This document shows, in pieces, positions 1-11,850 of a stretch of DNA of 64,000 nt (the stretch's first letter is position 1; each line of letters starts with the position of its first letter). The DNA lies in assembly GCA_038087875.1 (NCBI GenBank), contig CM075986.1:11222001-11286000 (forward strand), read 5' to 3'. The notes below the pieces were generated by a model. The model searched no databases, had not been told where the DNA came from, and worked only from the letters and a program-made list of their open reading frames with translations. Position numbers and translations under genes: made by a program. Origin of the DNA: Malacoraja senta (taxonomy: Eukaryota).

Positions 1-183
1 CAATCTTCACCGAAGCCAACTGACCTACAAACCTGTACTTTGGAGTGTGGGAGGAAACTGGAGCATCCGGAGAAAACCAACGCAGGTCACAGGGTGAACG
101 TTCAAACTCCGTACAGACTGCACCCCTAGTCAGAACCCGGGTCTCTGGCACTGTAAGGCAGCAACTTTATCGCTTTGCCATTC
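1..183 (-). mobile_element. HE1-like V-SINE, cut by window edge
   Basis: Reverse complement matches the head and core of the full SINE copies (e.g. 11555-11850). Confidence 0.85.
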
Positions 184-199
184 CTGGGGTCGCAATATT

Positions 200-455
200 A
201 CAAGGATTAATTATCTCAGTCCCAGAATATTGTTACAAGAATTTCTCAGGACACTGATCCAGGTCCAATCACCTCAGCTGCTTCATCAAGGACCTTCCCT
301 GCATCATCATTTCAGAATAAGAAGAATATATGATAAAGATATAGTCTTCAGTACCATTTGCCATTCCTTAAGTCCACAAATTCACAGCCATGTGTAGAAA
401 GACAAAGACAATATTCAGCCTTGGACAGATTATTAGCAAATAACATACAACCCAC
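200..455 (+). mobile_element. Old non-LTR retrotransposon RT fragment
   Basis: Degenerate SQSQNI...SCFIKDLPCII resembling the VPQGSVLGP..FSCFINDLPSII RT motif; same family as 60279-61620. Confidence 0.55.
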
Positions 456-700
456 AGGAGTGGGAGAATCTGGGACCAGAAGTCATAGCCTCAGAATAAA
501 AGGATGTACCATTAGAAAGGAGATGAGGAGGAATTTCTTTAGTCAGAAGGTGGTGAATCTGTGGAATTCATTGCCTCAGATGGGTGTGGAAGCCAAGTCA
601 ATGGATATCTTTAAGGCAGATATGGACAGATCCTTGATTAGTACGGGTGTCAGGGGTTATGGGGAAAAGGCAGGAGAATGGGATTGAGAGGGAAAGAAGA
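456..700 (+). mobile_element. CR1-type LINE 3' fragment
   Basis: ORF reads TRSHSLRIKG...RNFFSQKVVNLWNSLPQ...GYGEKAG, a typical CR1 ORF2 C-terminus. Confidence 0.85.
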
Positions 701-1292
701 AGCAAATGACCACATGCAACACTGGCACAAGCTTAGCGGCTCCCAAATTCTTGGGTCCAAGCACAGCAGCAATATTAAAAAATCCATTGCTAGCCTCCTT
801 AAAGAGGCTGAATGCGGCTCATGGCATGCACTTTGCAAAATATTGCGTTGAGTTTTGGTCATCCTGCTAAAGGAAAAATGCCATAAAGCTGGAAAAAGTG
901 CAGAAATGATTCATGAGGATGTTGCCAGGACTTGAGTTATAACACAAGGTTGGACAGGCTCGGACTTTATTCCTTGGAGCGTGGGAGTCAGGAGTATATG
1001 GAAATGTATTAAATAATGAGGAACACAGAGACAGCGAATACATAGTATTTTTCCCTTGAGTTGGAAAATCAAGAACACAAGGGCATAGGTTTAAGGTGAG
1101 AGGGGAAAGATTTAGTAGGAACTTGCTGGGGAATTTTTTCACACAGAGAATGGTGCGCATATGAAACAAACTACAATACGAAGTTAGTGAGAAGGGTGTA
1201 CTAACAATATTTGGAAGACATTTGGACAGATACAAGAATAGGAAAGGAATAGAGAGATAATGGTCAAAGGCAGGCAGATGGGACTGGCTACA

Positions 1293-1897
1293 AGGGTACT
1301 TGATTCCTTCTGCAGTTGTACAGAGCCCTAGTGAGACCACACCTGGAGTATTGTGTGCAGTTTTGGTCCCCTAATTTGAGGAAGGACATTCTTGCTATTG
1401 AGGGAGTCCAGCGCAGGTTTACAAGGTTAATTCCTGGGATGGCGGGACTGTCATATGCTGAGAGAATGGAGTAGCTGGGCTTGTACACTCTGGAGTTTAG
1501 AAGGATGAGAGGGAATCCCATTGAAACATATAAGATTGTTAAGGGTTTGGACAAGTTAGAGGCAGGAAACATGTTCCCGATGTTGGGGGAGTCCAGAACT
1601 AGGGGCCAGTTTAAGAATAAGGAGTAAGCCATTTAGAACGGAGACGAGGAAACACTTTTTCTCACAGAGAGTGGTGAGTCTGTGGAATTCTCTGCCTCAA
1701 AGGGTTAGGGTTAGGGTTAGGCCGGTTCTCTGGATACTTTCAAGAGAAAGCTAGATAGGGCTTTTAAAAATAGCGGAGTCAGGGGATATGGGGAGAAGGC
1801 AGGAACGGGGTACTGATCAGCCATGAACACATTGAATGGCGGTGCTGGCTCGAAGGGCCGAATGGCCTACTCCTGCACCTATTGTCTATTGTCTATC
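1293..1897 (+). mobile_element. Young 5'-truncated CR1-type LINE
   Basis: Reads QLYRALVRPHLEYCVQFWSP...; ends in a (tattgtc)n tail; near-identical to 45494-45965. Confidence 0.9.
1701..1721 (+). repeat. Short interstitial telomeric repeat AGGG(TTAGGG)2TTAGG inside CR1
   Basis: Absent from the paralogous CR1 copy at 45746-45758 (aggg-cagtgg-agg). Confidence 0.85.
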
Positions 1898-2317
1898 GAT
1901 TGGCATGGACGACTTGGGCCGATGAGCCTGTTTCCATACTGTATGACTCTAAGACTCAATGAGAGACTTAATATTGGTGCCACAGCTGATCGTTGCTGAT
2001 GTTTATCCCCATTAGAATACAAAGGTTGCATGTGTTTGTTGAAAGCTTCACCCTGTGGAGCATCCTGCTCCCTCTGTTGACACTGTCATCACTGTTTTCA
2101 CTTGGCATTGTTATTTCTGACAGTAGGCAGCTCCATAAAGGAAGAACAAGCTTGAATAGTTGATGCTGCATTCAAAAAGAAATGTGCTTTCTTGCAGTTT
2201 AAATTTAATTACAGATGTTAAGCATCACAGAAACATACGTGTGCTGTCATAACATTGACGAAAGGATATAAAAAAAGAATAGTCAAGCAAGAACTTAAGA
2301 AAGACCTTTCCTGATAT

Positions 2318-2567
2318 TACAGGAGCCTGAAATCTGTTACATCCAGGTTCAGGAACAGCTACTTCCCCACAGCCATTAGGCTATTAAACTCGCCAACAAA
2401 CAGACTCTGAACTGTAACAGACTATTGCACATATCTGTTTATTTATGTGTATATTGAACTGAACTGTTCTGTATTTATGCTTACAATATTCTGTTGTGCT
2501 GCAGCAAGCAAGAATTTCATTGTCCTATCTGGAACACATGACAATAAATTCTCTTGACTTGACTTGA
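2318..2567 (+). mobile_element. Rex1/Babar-type LINE 3' end
   Basis: YRSLKSVTSRFRNSYFPTAIRLLN (DUF1891-like RT C-terminus); 3' UTR ends gacaataaa plus (cttga)n. Confidence 0.75.
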
Positions 2568-2615
2568 CAAATCAAGTCAAGAGTTACAAATCAGTTACAG
2601 CACAGGAGAAAGTCC

Positions 2616-2910
2616 GGTCACATTTCGGGTCGGGACCCTTCTTCAGACTGATAAGGATAGTCGGGGGAAAGGTGAAAAAGAGAGTCTGTGTGGAACAAAG
2701 TGGCAAATGATAGGTGGATATCGGAGAAGAAAGTTTTTGATTTGCAGATGGGTAGCGTACGTGACAAGATTAGAGGTGAAAAGGAGACAAGAGGGTGTTA
2801 GATAAAGAGAGAAGAGTAGGAATGAAATGCAAAACTGGAGGGACGGCTCTGGGGGAAAGGGAGATGATTGTAGAGGAATGGGGGTGGGTCGATGGTTGGG
2901 AGAAGTGGGC
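2616..2910 (-). mobile_element. Penelope-like 3' region with hammerhead motif
   Basis: Reverse complement: pyrimidine-rich region, then cagtCTGAAGAagggtcccgacccGAAAtg; homologous to 62705-63017. Confidence 0.75.
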
Positions 2911-3540
2911 AATACAGCTCATCTCACTTTCCTGCCTTTCAACACATTTCTTCTACAATAGTACAAGATGCTAAATAATATCAGCAAGTTATCACACTTT
3001 TCACGTTTCCTCATTTTTCCTCTCCATTCCACCTGAAAGTTCTCCGCTTGCTAGTGCCATTCTCTCTATGAAGCTCACAACCCGACGACCAAGTTATCTT
3101 CCACCTCCACTTCTCCCACCACCATCCCCTTCCCCCCCCCCCCCCAAACTAGGTGTAACGGTCGCCAATTGGCCTAACCACCAGACTGCTCAAACAGGCT
3201 AAGAGCTGTCTGCGGCCAGCAACTCGCTGGATGTGGAGGTCAAACCTACATGGTCATGTGGAGAACATACAAAGTCCATACAGATATCACCAAGGTTAGA
3301 ATCAAACCCAGTCTGCTGGAGTTGTGAGACAGCTGCATCTCCCGCACCCCTGGCTGGCAAAAACCTTTTCTCTCATTTATTATTTTTAATCTGCATTAGA
3401 GATGTCCTTGAAAGTGGGCCACCCCGCCTCCGACTCAATAACTCAAGCCTTGCCTGTAACCGCCACCACCCATAGAATTAGTCATTAAAATTAGACTGCC
3501 AGTGTGCACCAGCGCAGCTAAATGCAACAGTATGGAAACC

Positions 3541-3684
3541 ATCTGAAGAAAGGTTTGAAGAAAGGTTCCGACCCGAAACGCCGCCTATTCCTTTCCTCCA
3601 GGGATGCTGGCTGACCCGCTGTGTTACTCCAGCATTTTGTGTGTATCTTTGGGTTAAACCAGCATCTGCAGTTCCTTCCTACAC
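3541..3684 (+). mobile_element. Short PLE-derived insertion with degenerate hammerhead
   Basis: ctgaagaa...acccgaaac...gcatctgcagttccttcctacac; flanked by t(a/g)tggaaacc at 3531-40 and 3685-94. Confidence 0.75.
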
Positions 3685-4080
3685 TGTGGAAACCTCCATT
3701 CAATGTTAAAATGAAAGACTAGTGTTGAATTCATTTGTCGTACTCTTTTATCGTGGATGAACATGGAGTGTCGTCATTCAGCAGCAGGCAGTCGAATCTG
3801 CCTTGCCATTCAACTGGAAGAAGTCCTTCAATACAAAAACAAATTATAATGGCAAGAAAAGCTATTTTTATGTAATAGCATGCCTTTCACATTGACTATG
3901 CAAAACAGTAAACTGTGAAGACAGCACAGGCAAGCTCACATTGTCCCAGATATTCAGCAGAGGAAATTCAACATGATCAGTGAATTACAGAATAACGCCC
4001 TCTGACTCTCAGATCTCTGCACTCCCCGGTTCAGCCAACTTGTCATCGCCTGACCAAGGCCTCAGCCCGGGAAAATAATC

Positions 4081-4130
4081 AATTTATTGTTACTTTGCCG
4101 AAAGTAATTTATTGTTACTTTGCCGAAAGT
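4081..4130. repeat. Perfect 25-bp tandem duplication
   Basis: aatttattgttactttgccgaaagt x2. Confidence 0.95.
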
Positions 4131-4230
4131 CACGTCACAGCTTTTAGGAATGCAAAGGCAATGTTAAGCAATGACCGCTGTACTGGATTGCACAAAAAAA
4201 AGCTTCTTGCCATCTTTCTCTAATTTATTC

Positions 4231-4377
4231 CTGTTTGGGGATGCAGGGGGAAACGGGAGCATCCGGACAAAACCCTGTGGTCCCAGGGAGAACGTACAAA
4301 CTCCATACAGACAGCATCGAACCCGGTTCTCTGGTGCTGTGAGGAAGCAACTCTACCACTGCGCCACTGTACCGCCC
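4231..4377 (-). mobile_element. HE1-like SINE, partial
   Basis: Similarity to the head and core of other copies. Confidence 0.75.
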
Positions 4378-4800
4378 AATCTGCGGTACTGGATTGACAC
4401 AAATCCTTTTTCTTGCTCTCTTTATCTAGTTTAGTCCTGGATTTCTCTGCTTCCACAAGTTTGCTGAATAGAAGATATCACGGCTCTGCCATTCTGCCTA
4501 TCTCTTTCTGGCAAAGAAACTGTGGGGGAGATTCCAGCAGATAATTGAAATATTTGTATGTCCAGTTTCTCAACAGTGTGGATAACTTAAACCAGTGGGG
4601 AAAAATTGAGACGGATCCAATTTCTCCCCGATCTGAAGGACTTACAGGATGGTCTTGAGCATTCTGTGCCCATGTATGAGGGACACACAGATGCCCTGCA
4701 TAATCAGCAGGAGGAATGCATCACCTCACACACAACCCCCTAAGCTGCCCTCGCAGGCACTTCCTCTTTTACCTGTGAAAGAATCTGCAATATGCAGAAT

Positions 4801-5091
4801 AGTTTAATTTAGTTTCGAGCTACAGTGCTGAAACAGGCCCTTTGGCCCACCGGGTCTGCACCGACCAGCGATCCCCGCACACTACTACTATCCTACATAC
4901 ACACTATGGACAATTTATAACGTCACCAAGCTAATTAGCCTACAAACCTGTATGTCTCTGGAGTGTGGGAGGAAACCAGAGCACCCGGAGAAAACCAACG
5001 CAGGTCACAAACAACTTACAGAGAGCACTAGAGAACCAGGGTCTCGAGTGCTGTAAGGCAGCAACTCTACCGCTGCGCCATCGTGCCGCCC
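4801..5091 (-). mobile_element. HE1-like SINE
   Basis: Tail to head in reverse, ending cgtgccgccc. Confidence 0.85.
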
Positions 5092-6485
5092 CACATAATC
5101 ACAATATTTCTCTCAGAACCCATAAAAACAGATCAGAAGCAAGTCAGCCTGAATCCCAAGGTATTTCCTCGGCAATACTAGTGAGTACACCACAATAAAA
5201 GCTCCTCTAACAGCCTTCGCCCAGCCTTGTGTAATGAGCTAGACAGATTAACACTATTACAAATGCAAACATTGCACATCTATGCATTAAAGACTCAGAA
5301 ATGATTGAAGATATTTCATGCTGCCAAATATACCTGGCAGTGGGAAAAAAGAACAAATTTATTAGCAGGGGAATATTGCCAGCTTCCGCCTCTCCTGGAA
5401 GTCTGCAGTGTCAGACAGAATCCCCAAGTTCAGTACAGTTGGCGTGTTGAACACTTCTAAAATACAACATGGTATAAATACAACAAAATAACTTCCATAA
5501 TAGTTTGCTTGTCTTAAAAGCCTCCTCTTCGACCCATCCTCTTGAAACCTAATCAACTTCTACTGCTCTATAGAGCGCCCAAGAAATATTTTTGCCTCTT
5601 ATTACTTTACGATTCACAGCACAATTGGTCCTAACATAAGTCCACAACACAATCACAATAAAGGCTCAGACGCAATTTTTTTCTATTCATTCATAAAAAC
5701 ATTTAAATGTAGTTTACAAGATAAGATTGCCCCTTCATAAAGGGTTTTCAAATTTGAGCTTTTGCATTGAAGCAGGGCTCCATTAAGTTGAGTATGTGCT
5801 TTGAGAACAATGGAAGTTAAACTGAAAAATGGCTCAGGCAAAAGGTTTATTAAAAATTGATACCACAGCATTACCAATATCCTGATTTATAGCAGTACCA
5901 TGTTAAACCTATAATATTCCTATCATTTTTTTTCTCTGCAGCGATAATCGTAAACTAAAGGAATTAAGTTCCTGTCCCTCGGGCTAGCACTGTAATATGG
6001 AATTGCTTTCAACTGACATGGGCCATTACAATGATGATGAAACTGCTATGCCACAACAAAGACAGCTGTACCCCAGTTACAGGGCCACTCGTATATTACT
6101 GGGTCAATTGATCAATGATATATGGGTTCAAATGTTGGCCTAGTGAATGACTACCTCACAAAAATATACCACTGATCGACTCCTGCTAAAAGTGGACTTG
6201 GAATTAGTTTGCAGCAGATGATTTCAGTGGGGCATTGCAGTGAAGTTTGAGTTTCCTGCATGAAGGATTTGAATAGGATCAATTCATAGACATCGAGTTA
6301 TCCTTGCACGACTTATAAAGACCCACTCAAGTCTTTTAAATGAGAATTGCACAGCTGAATAGCCTGCCTACATATACAGTCACACTCACAGAGGAAAATT
6401 ACTGACTGGAATAAAGTGGAGTTGTTTAGCGATTGTGGACTTACGTCCGACAGCCAAATATTTGTAATGGAGATTGAAATTTGGG

Positions 6486-6845
6486 GTGTGTGTGTGTNNN
6501 NNNNNNNNNNNNNNNNNNNNNNNNNNNNNNNNNNNNNNNNNNNNNNNNNNNNNNNNNNNNNNNNNNNNNNNNNNNNNNNNNNNNNNNNNNNNNNNNNNNN
6601 NNNNNNNNNNNNNNNNNNNNNNNNNNNNNNNNNNNNNNNNNNNNNNNNNNNNNNNNNNNAGGTGTATGTGTGTGCCCGTGCGTGTGTGTGCGCCTGTGTC
6701 GATGTGTCCATGCATGTCCATGTGTAAGTATCCGTGTGTATGTGTGTCCCTGTCCGTGTTTACACGTATGTGTGTCTGTGTGTGTCCCCCTACATGTGTG
6801 TGTGTATGTGTGTCCCCATGTGTTTGTGTCCATGTGCTTCTGTGT
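6486..6845. repeat. (TG)-rich simple repeat spanning an assembly gap (N at 6498-6659)
   Basis: Direct observation. Confidence 0.95.
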
Positions 6846-7966
6846 AGGGGGAGGGGTACTGGTGGACATCTAAGGTGTAAGTGAAAATGAAGTAAAATGC
6901 CCACAAATGTGACACAGTGTCTCATATCGGACACTGAAGTCCGAGTTTTGATGTTACTTTCATACTCATGTTTTTCATAAAGATCACCAGTGAGAAAACC
7001 GATAAGGGAGCATCTATTTTAATTCCCAGTCAGGTATGCCTTTTCCTGGACCAACCTGCAACACAAGGATATGTTTGCAGAACTACGATTAGCAAAGCAG
7101 CAAACCAGAAGAAAATGTTACAAATCATCAATTTTTCTCCTGCAATAATTTTGGACCTCTGCCACCAATCACTACGTATAAAGCAATGTTTCACCTGCCA
7201 ACATTTTCATCTTGCACCTGCAGACCCACAAGCTGGGGAACAACTTATCAATCTAAACAAAGCTCATTTCAGTCCTGTCTTTTCTCCTTCTTAATCTACA
7301 CCTCAGTGTAAAATTAGCCTGCCTCACCTCATTCAGCTTTGAAATTAACATCAATTATTAAACAGGTACATTAATGCAAACCATAAAAATTGATTACCTC
7401 TTAAAGATGTCAAGAGGCCTGCATTTAATTAACAAATGGCATGGGGAAGGTTGTGCTTAATGGAGGTCATGCATACTTAGATCATAAACAGTAAACGGCA
7501 TGTTTAAATGAAGTGTAATTCCAAACGACAATTGGGGCTTTGCGTTAAACATCAATGTGCGACACAGTTAGAGCATTTCACTCGGGTTAGAGCATTTTCC
7601 AACTTAGTCAAAGGTACCCTTTCCCAATATGCTGTATCGGCAGTGGTACCACAATAATTAGTAGCAACATTTTCACAGCAAAATCTCAGTGTTAACTGAT
7701 CAAAGTGCCAACATATCTCTAAGTAATGGATAGCAATGTTAGGATTTGCTCATGATTGTTTAGGTTCCTAAGTTAATGTCGGCTGTTTATGGCCGTTTAT
7801 AAGATTACGATCTGACGTTGGACTCTGAGGAATTCAGCAATAAGAGCAAAATTGCAGCAATTTCCTACCACTTATGCAGGAATTAGCCCAAACTATCTCT
7901 ACCAGGTTAGACCATGTAGCATGAATGAAAGCAGCTCCATCTATAATGGCTGAGGGTTAAACATAA

Positions 7967-8207
7967 TGTTGAAGGAAGGAACTGCAGATGCTGGTTTACA
8001 CCGAAGATACACACAAATTGCTGGAGTAACTCAGCAGGACAGGCAGCATCTCTGGAGAGAAGGAATGGGTGACGTTTCAGGTCGAGACCATTCTTCATAG
8101 TGAAAAATGATTCTGAAGGAGGGGGTCGACCCAAAAAGTCACCCATTCCTTCTATCCAGAGATGCTACCTGTCCTGCTGAGTTACTCCAGCAATTTTGTG
8201 TCTATCT
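7967..8207. mobile_element. PLE-derived fold-back palindrome, 14-bp TSD
   Basis: Inverted arms, each with a degenerate hammerhead core; TSD agggttaaacataa at 7953-7966 and 8208-8221. Confidence 0.85.
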
Positions 8208-8454
8208 AGGGTTAAACATAAGCTGTGGGCAACTTATCTTATAACACTTTTAGAATAGTTAAATATTTTGATTTGATTGTAGGTATATTTGATATTTTCA
8301 AATCACTTTTTTAGAATTAATTTTAATTTTTATAAAAAAACAATGTACATTCAAAAATTTGTTTCATAATGTTTTTTAATATCTCTGAACATCAGAGATG
8401 GGGGAACTCAAAGCTTTTGACAGTGACTGCGCCAGGTCATGGTTTAGCCAGCAA

Positions 8455-8765
8455 CCATAAATTCATAAATTCTAGAAGCATAAATTAGGCCATTCGGCTC
8501 AACAAGGAACCCCTATTCTCCTGCCTTCTCCCCATAACTCCTGACACCCTTACTAATCAAGAATCTGTCAATCTCCGCCTTAAAAATATCCATTGACGGC
8601 CTCCACAGCCGTCTGTGGCAATGAATTCCACAGATTCAGCACCCTCTGAATATAGAAATACCTTCCCATCTCCTGTCTAAAGGTACGTCCTTTTATTCTG
8701 AGGCTATGCCCTCTGGTCCGAGACTCTCCCGCTAGTGGAAACATCCTCTCCACGTTCACTCTTTC
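8455..8765 (-). mobile_element. CR1-type LINE 3' fragment
   Basis: ORF 8580-8771: RMFPLAGESRTRGHSLRIKG...LNLWNSLPQ. Confidence 0.85.
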
Positions 8766-8923
8766 AACCAAAGTTGTTGTCAGCAGCCCCTCCTGTCACC
8801 CCCGCCACAAGACAGTGTTCATCATGCCCCTGTTGTGGATCTATCTCCCCGTTGAGGATCAGGCTGGCTTGGAAACAGGTGATGCTGAAGCATCCACCAA
8901 AGACAAGTGCAGGACTTTAGTGT

Positions 8924-9199
8924 GCAGAAAGGAACTGCAGATGCCGGTTTAAACCGAAGATAGACACAAAAAGCTGGAGTAATACAGCGGATCAGGCTGC
9001 ATCTGCATCTCTGGAGAGAAGGAATCAGTGACTTTTCGGGTTTATAGCCTTCTTCAGACTGAGAGTCAGGGGAAAGGGAAACGTTTCCCTTGCCCTGACT
9101 CCGAGTCCGAAGAAGGATGTCGACCTGAAGCGTCACCCATTCCTTCTCTCCAGAGATCCTGCCTGACCCGCTGTATTACTCCAGCTGTTTGTGTCGATC
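8924..9199. mobile_element. PLE-derived fold-back palindrome, ~16-bp TSD
   Basis: Symmetric about aaacgttt (~9079-9086); flanks tgcaggactttagtgt (8908-23) and tgcacgacttcagtgt (9200-15). Confidence 0.8.
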
Positions 9200-10307
9200 T
9201 GCACGACTTCAGTGTTGGGGTGAGAAGGAAGTGTTGGGTGGCTGGGTATAATGTCAGCGTCAATACCTACCCGACAGTTTACAATCACACAAATTCACTT
9301 TGTAGTCGAGACATTTATTCACTGTAGGTTTTATCCCAAATTACCACAAACACTGAACTAGAATTCTGTTGTGCTGCGCAAATAAAGCTTTGTATGAGAT
9401 TTTGTACATATTCATTTATCTTCAGACCCTTCACTCTTCAAAGAGCCAAATCAAAGTAACTGGTAACCTTTATACCTAGACAGAAAATAAAACTGTCAAT
9501 AAAACAAATGATTTTTTGATGAAAAAATTCTTTCAATCGGGCCGATGGATTAAATTAGGGACTTACCCTCACTTACTGTAAAACCAACATTGAAAATATT
9601 TCATGGGAATTAATATAGTCCAGGCAGATGATTTGGTTGAATGATGCAGTAATATGTCACTTTGTATTGGCCAGAAGTGATATTACTATTGCACTTTTAT
9701 AGAGTATCCATTTTCAACATTCACGGGATAGGATTTATTTCACACAAATGGGCTGAACTGGTAATTCATTTATAAGTTATGGTCTACACCATAAGTAGAA
9801 TAGAAATCGTCTATTACAGGCCTTCTGAACGTCTTCTGTTTTGTAGAATGCATAAAAGATTCATCCGCTGTGCCCAGCTCAGTAGGTTTGTACAGAGAAT
9901 TGCAGAATAATAGACCTAATGGTTTCAAATCCCATCCTGTGCTGACCGATAAGTACCGGTGATAGGGGCATTATTATTTGTTTCAGTTCTCCTATCTTTT
10001 GACCACAGTTAGAAGTGCATGTGAATAGTTGGCAAGAGGAAGGCTTAGTTCCACGTGCTCAAGCATTCATTTTCTAACCAAATTAAGAAAGGCTAGAAAA
10101 GCACAAGACTGCATCTTGGTGTGCACAGGCTAAAGCACCTTATGGGCAACAGAGAATAAAGGAGAAAATAAAACGTAAAGCATCTCCTGGTTCCCCACCA
10201 TTAATTACTTATCCCAGGAACACAAACTCATATCCCAAACTTTAGTTTGGATTTTCTGTTAAATATTTTAAAAGTTAAAAGTAAGAGCTTTTTAAATTTT
10301 AGTGGGG

Positions 10308-10604
10308 AGGGGGCACAGTGCCTTACAGCCCCAGACATTCTGGTTCGATCCTGACCACGGGTGTTGTCTGTACGGAGTTTGTATGTTCGCCCTGTGACCG
10401 TGTGGGTTTTCTCCGGGTGCTCCAGTTTCCCTTCCACACTCCAAAGACGAACAGGTTTGTAGGTTAATTGGCTTTGGTAAAAAAATTGTAAATTGTCCCT
10501 CGTGTTTAGGATCGTGCTAACGTATGGGGTGAATGCTGGTTGGCGTGGACTCGGTGGGCTGAAGGGCTCGTTCGCACACTGTATCTCTAAAAGATAAAGT
10601 AAAA
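10308..10604 (+). mobile_element. HE1-like SINE
   Basis: B-box-like ggttcgatcc, V-SINE core, tail ctgtatctctaaa. Confidence 0.85.
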
Positions 10605-10717
10605 CTCATATTCTTGTATTTCTCCTATTTCATTATGAATAGGAGAGGCCAATATGCCCATGATGTCAATGCCACTGTCAGAATAACCCCAATAATCAAA
10701 TGTCCCCTCACTTAAGA

Positions 10718-10880
10718 GTCATAGAATCATGTTGCACAGGAACAGGCCCTTTGGCCCAACTTGCTCATGCTGACCAAAATGCCTCATCTAAGTGAGTCCT
10801 GCTACCGGTGTTTGGCCCATATCCCTCTAAACCTTTCCTATCCATGCACCTGTCCAAATGTCGTTTAAATATTGTCAGAG
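10718..10880 (-). mobile_element. CR1-type LINE 3' tail
   Basis: Reverse of the ...gagggatatgggccaaac...ggcctgtt...tctatgact tail. Confidence 0.7.
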
Positions 10881-11554
10881 TACTTATCTCCGGGTACTCT
10901 GTTCTCTCCTCCCCAATTCTCCTACCACCCACCTACAATTGACAGTAGCCCATCATCCACCACATATCTCCTGTGAGCATTCCTGCACCCAACGATTGGC
11001 CATAAAGCACCCTTCATTCTGTCTGCCAATGGCTCCCGGATTTCTGCACTGGCCAGCAATGTTTTACTATTTGCTAGGGCCTTTCCTACTCGCAAACTGA
11101 CAACCCCACCAAAATGATTGATGGCCAAGCATGAAACAGAACTAAGTAATTTAATACAAAGGCTCCACGATAAGATTTAATCCAAACTCTCAAGTTTCCA
11201 GGAACTGCAGGTCTGACTGCGACCAAGCCACAACGCCAGCCAACCAGCCTTGTTTTATATTCCAGTGAAATGTTACAATTTCCTGTAACATTCGAAATGA
11301 CTTGATTTCATCAAGTGTCAATGAAATATAAATGCAATCATAGAGCATTGTATAAGCTTAAATTATTTGTTATACTCGCTATTAATTAGCGAGTCTTGAT
11401 AGATGTGGGAAGTGCACGAACAGTGGTTAGTTTATATCCTTCACGTGGTGTTAAATTTAAAGAACATAAAATAAAACAGATAAAAATACCTCACATTTGT
11501 TGCAAATTCCTGCAGTTCAAAATGGCCATTAAATAGAGTTTATCCACTCATGTA

Positions 11555-11850
11555 GGGCGGCATGGTGGTGCAGGGGTAGAGTTGCTGTCTTACAGCGCCA
11601 GAGATCCGGGTTTGATCCTGACTATGTGTGCTGTCTGTACGGAGTTTGTACGTTCTCCCTTGACCTGCGTGGGTTTTCTCCAAGATCTTCGGTTTCCTCC
11701 CACACTCCAAAGACATACAGGATTGTAGGTTAATTGGCTTGGTGTAAATGTAAAATTGTCCCTAGTGTGTAGGTTAGTGATAGTCGGCGCGGACTCGGTG
11801 GCCCAAAGGGCCTGTTTCCGCGCTGTATCTCTAAACTAAACTAAACTAAA
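11555..11850 (+). mobile_element. HE1-like V-SINE, near full length
   Basis: gggcggcatggtggtgcag tRNA-like head, core ...ggtttcctcccacactccaaagac, tail gggcctgtttccgcgctgtatctc(taaac)n. Confidence 0.9.

Larger units (their letters stand above)
820..1957 (+). mobile_element. Older CR1-type LINE 3' end, interrupted by a younger CR1 at 1293-1897
   Basis: Degenerate CR1 C-terminal coding sequence at 820-1290; its 3' tail (tggcatggac...ctgtatgactct) resumes at 1898. Confidence 0.7.

Noticed and set aside
1968-2171. Possible host exons (also 5362-5457, 50917-51010, 58603-58854)
   Set aside because: Acceptor-like sites or short ORFs exist, but there is no recognisable protein or consistent donor; RNA-seq is needed.
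6313-6934. Several long ORFs
   Set aside because: Artefacts of the N gap and the TG repeat.
11555-11630. tRNA gene-like A/B boxes
   Set aside because: These are heads of HE1-like SINEs; no full cloverleaf, and they continue into the SINE core.
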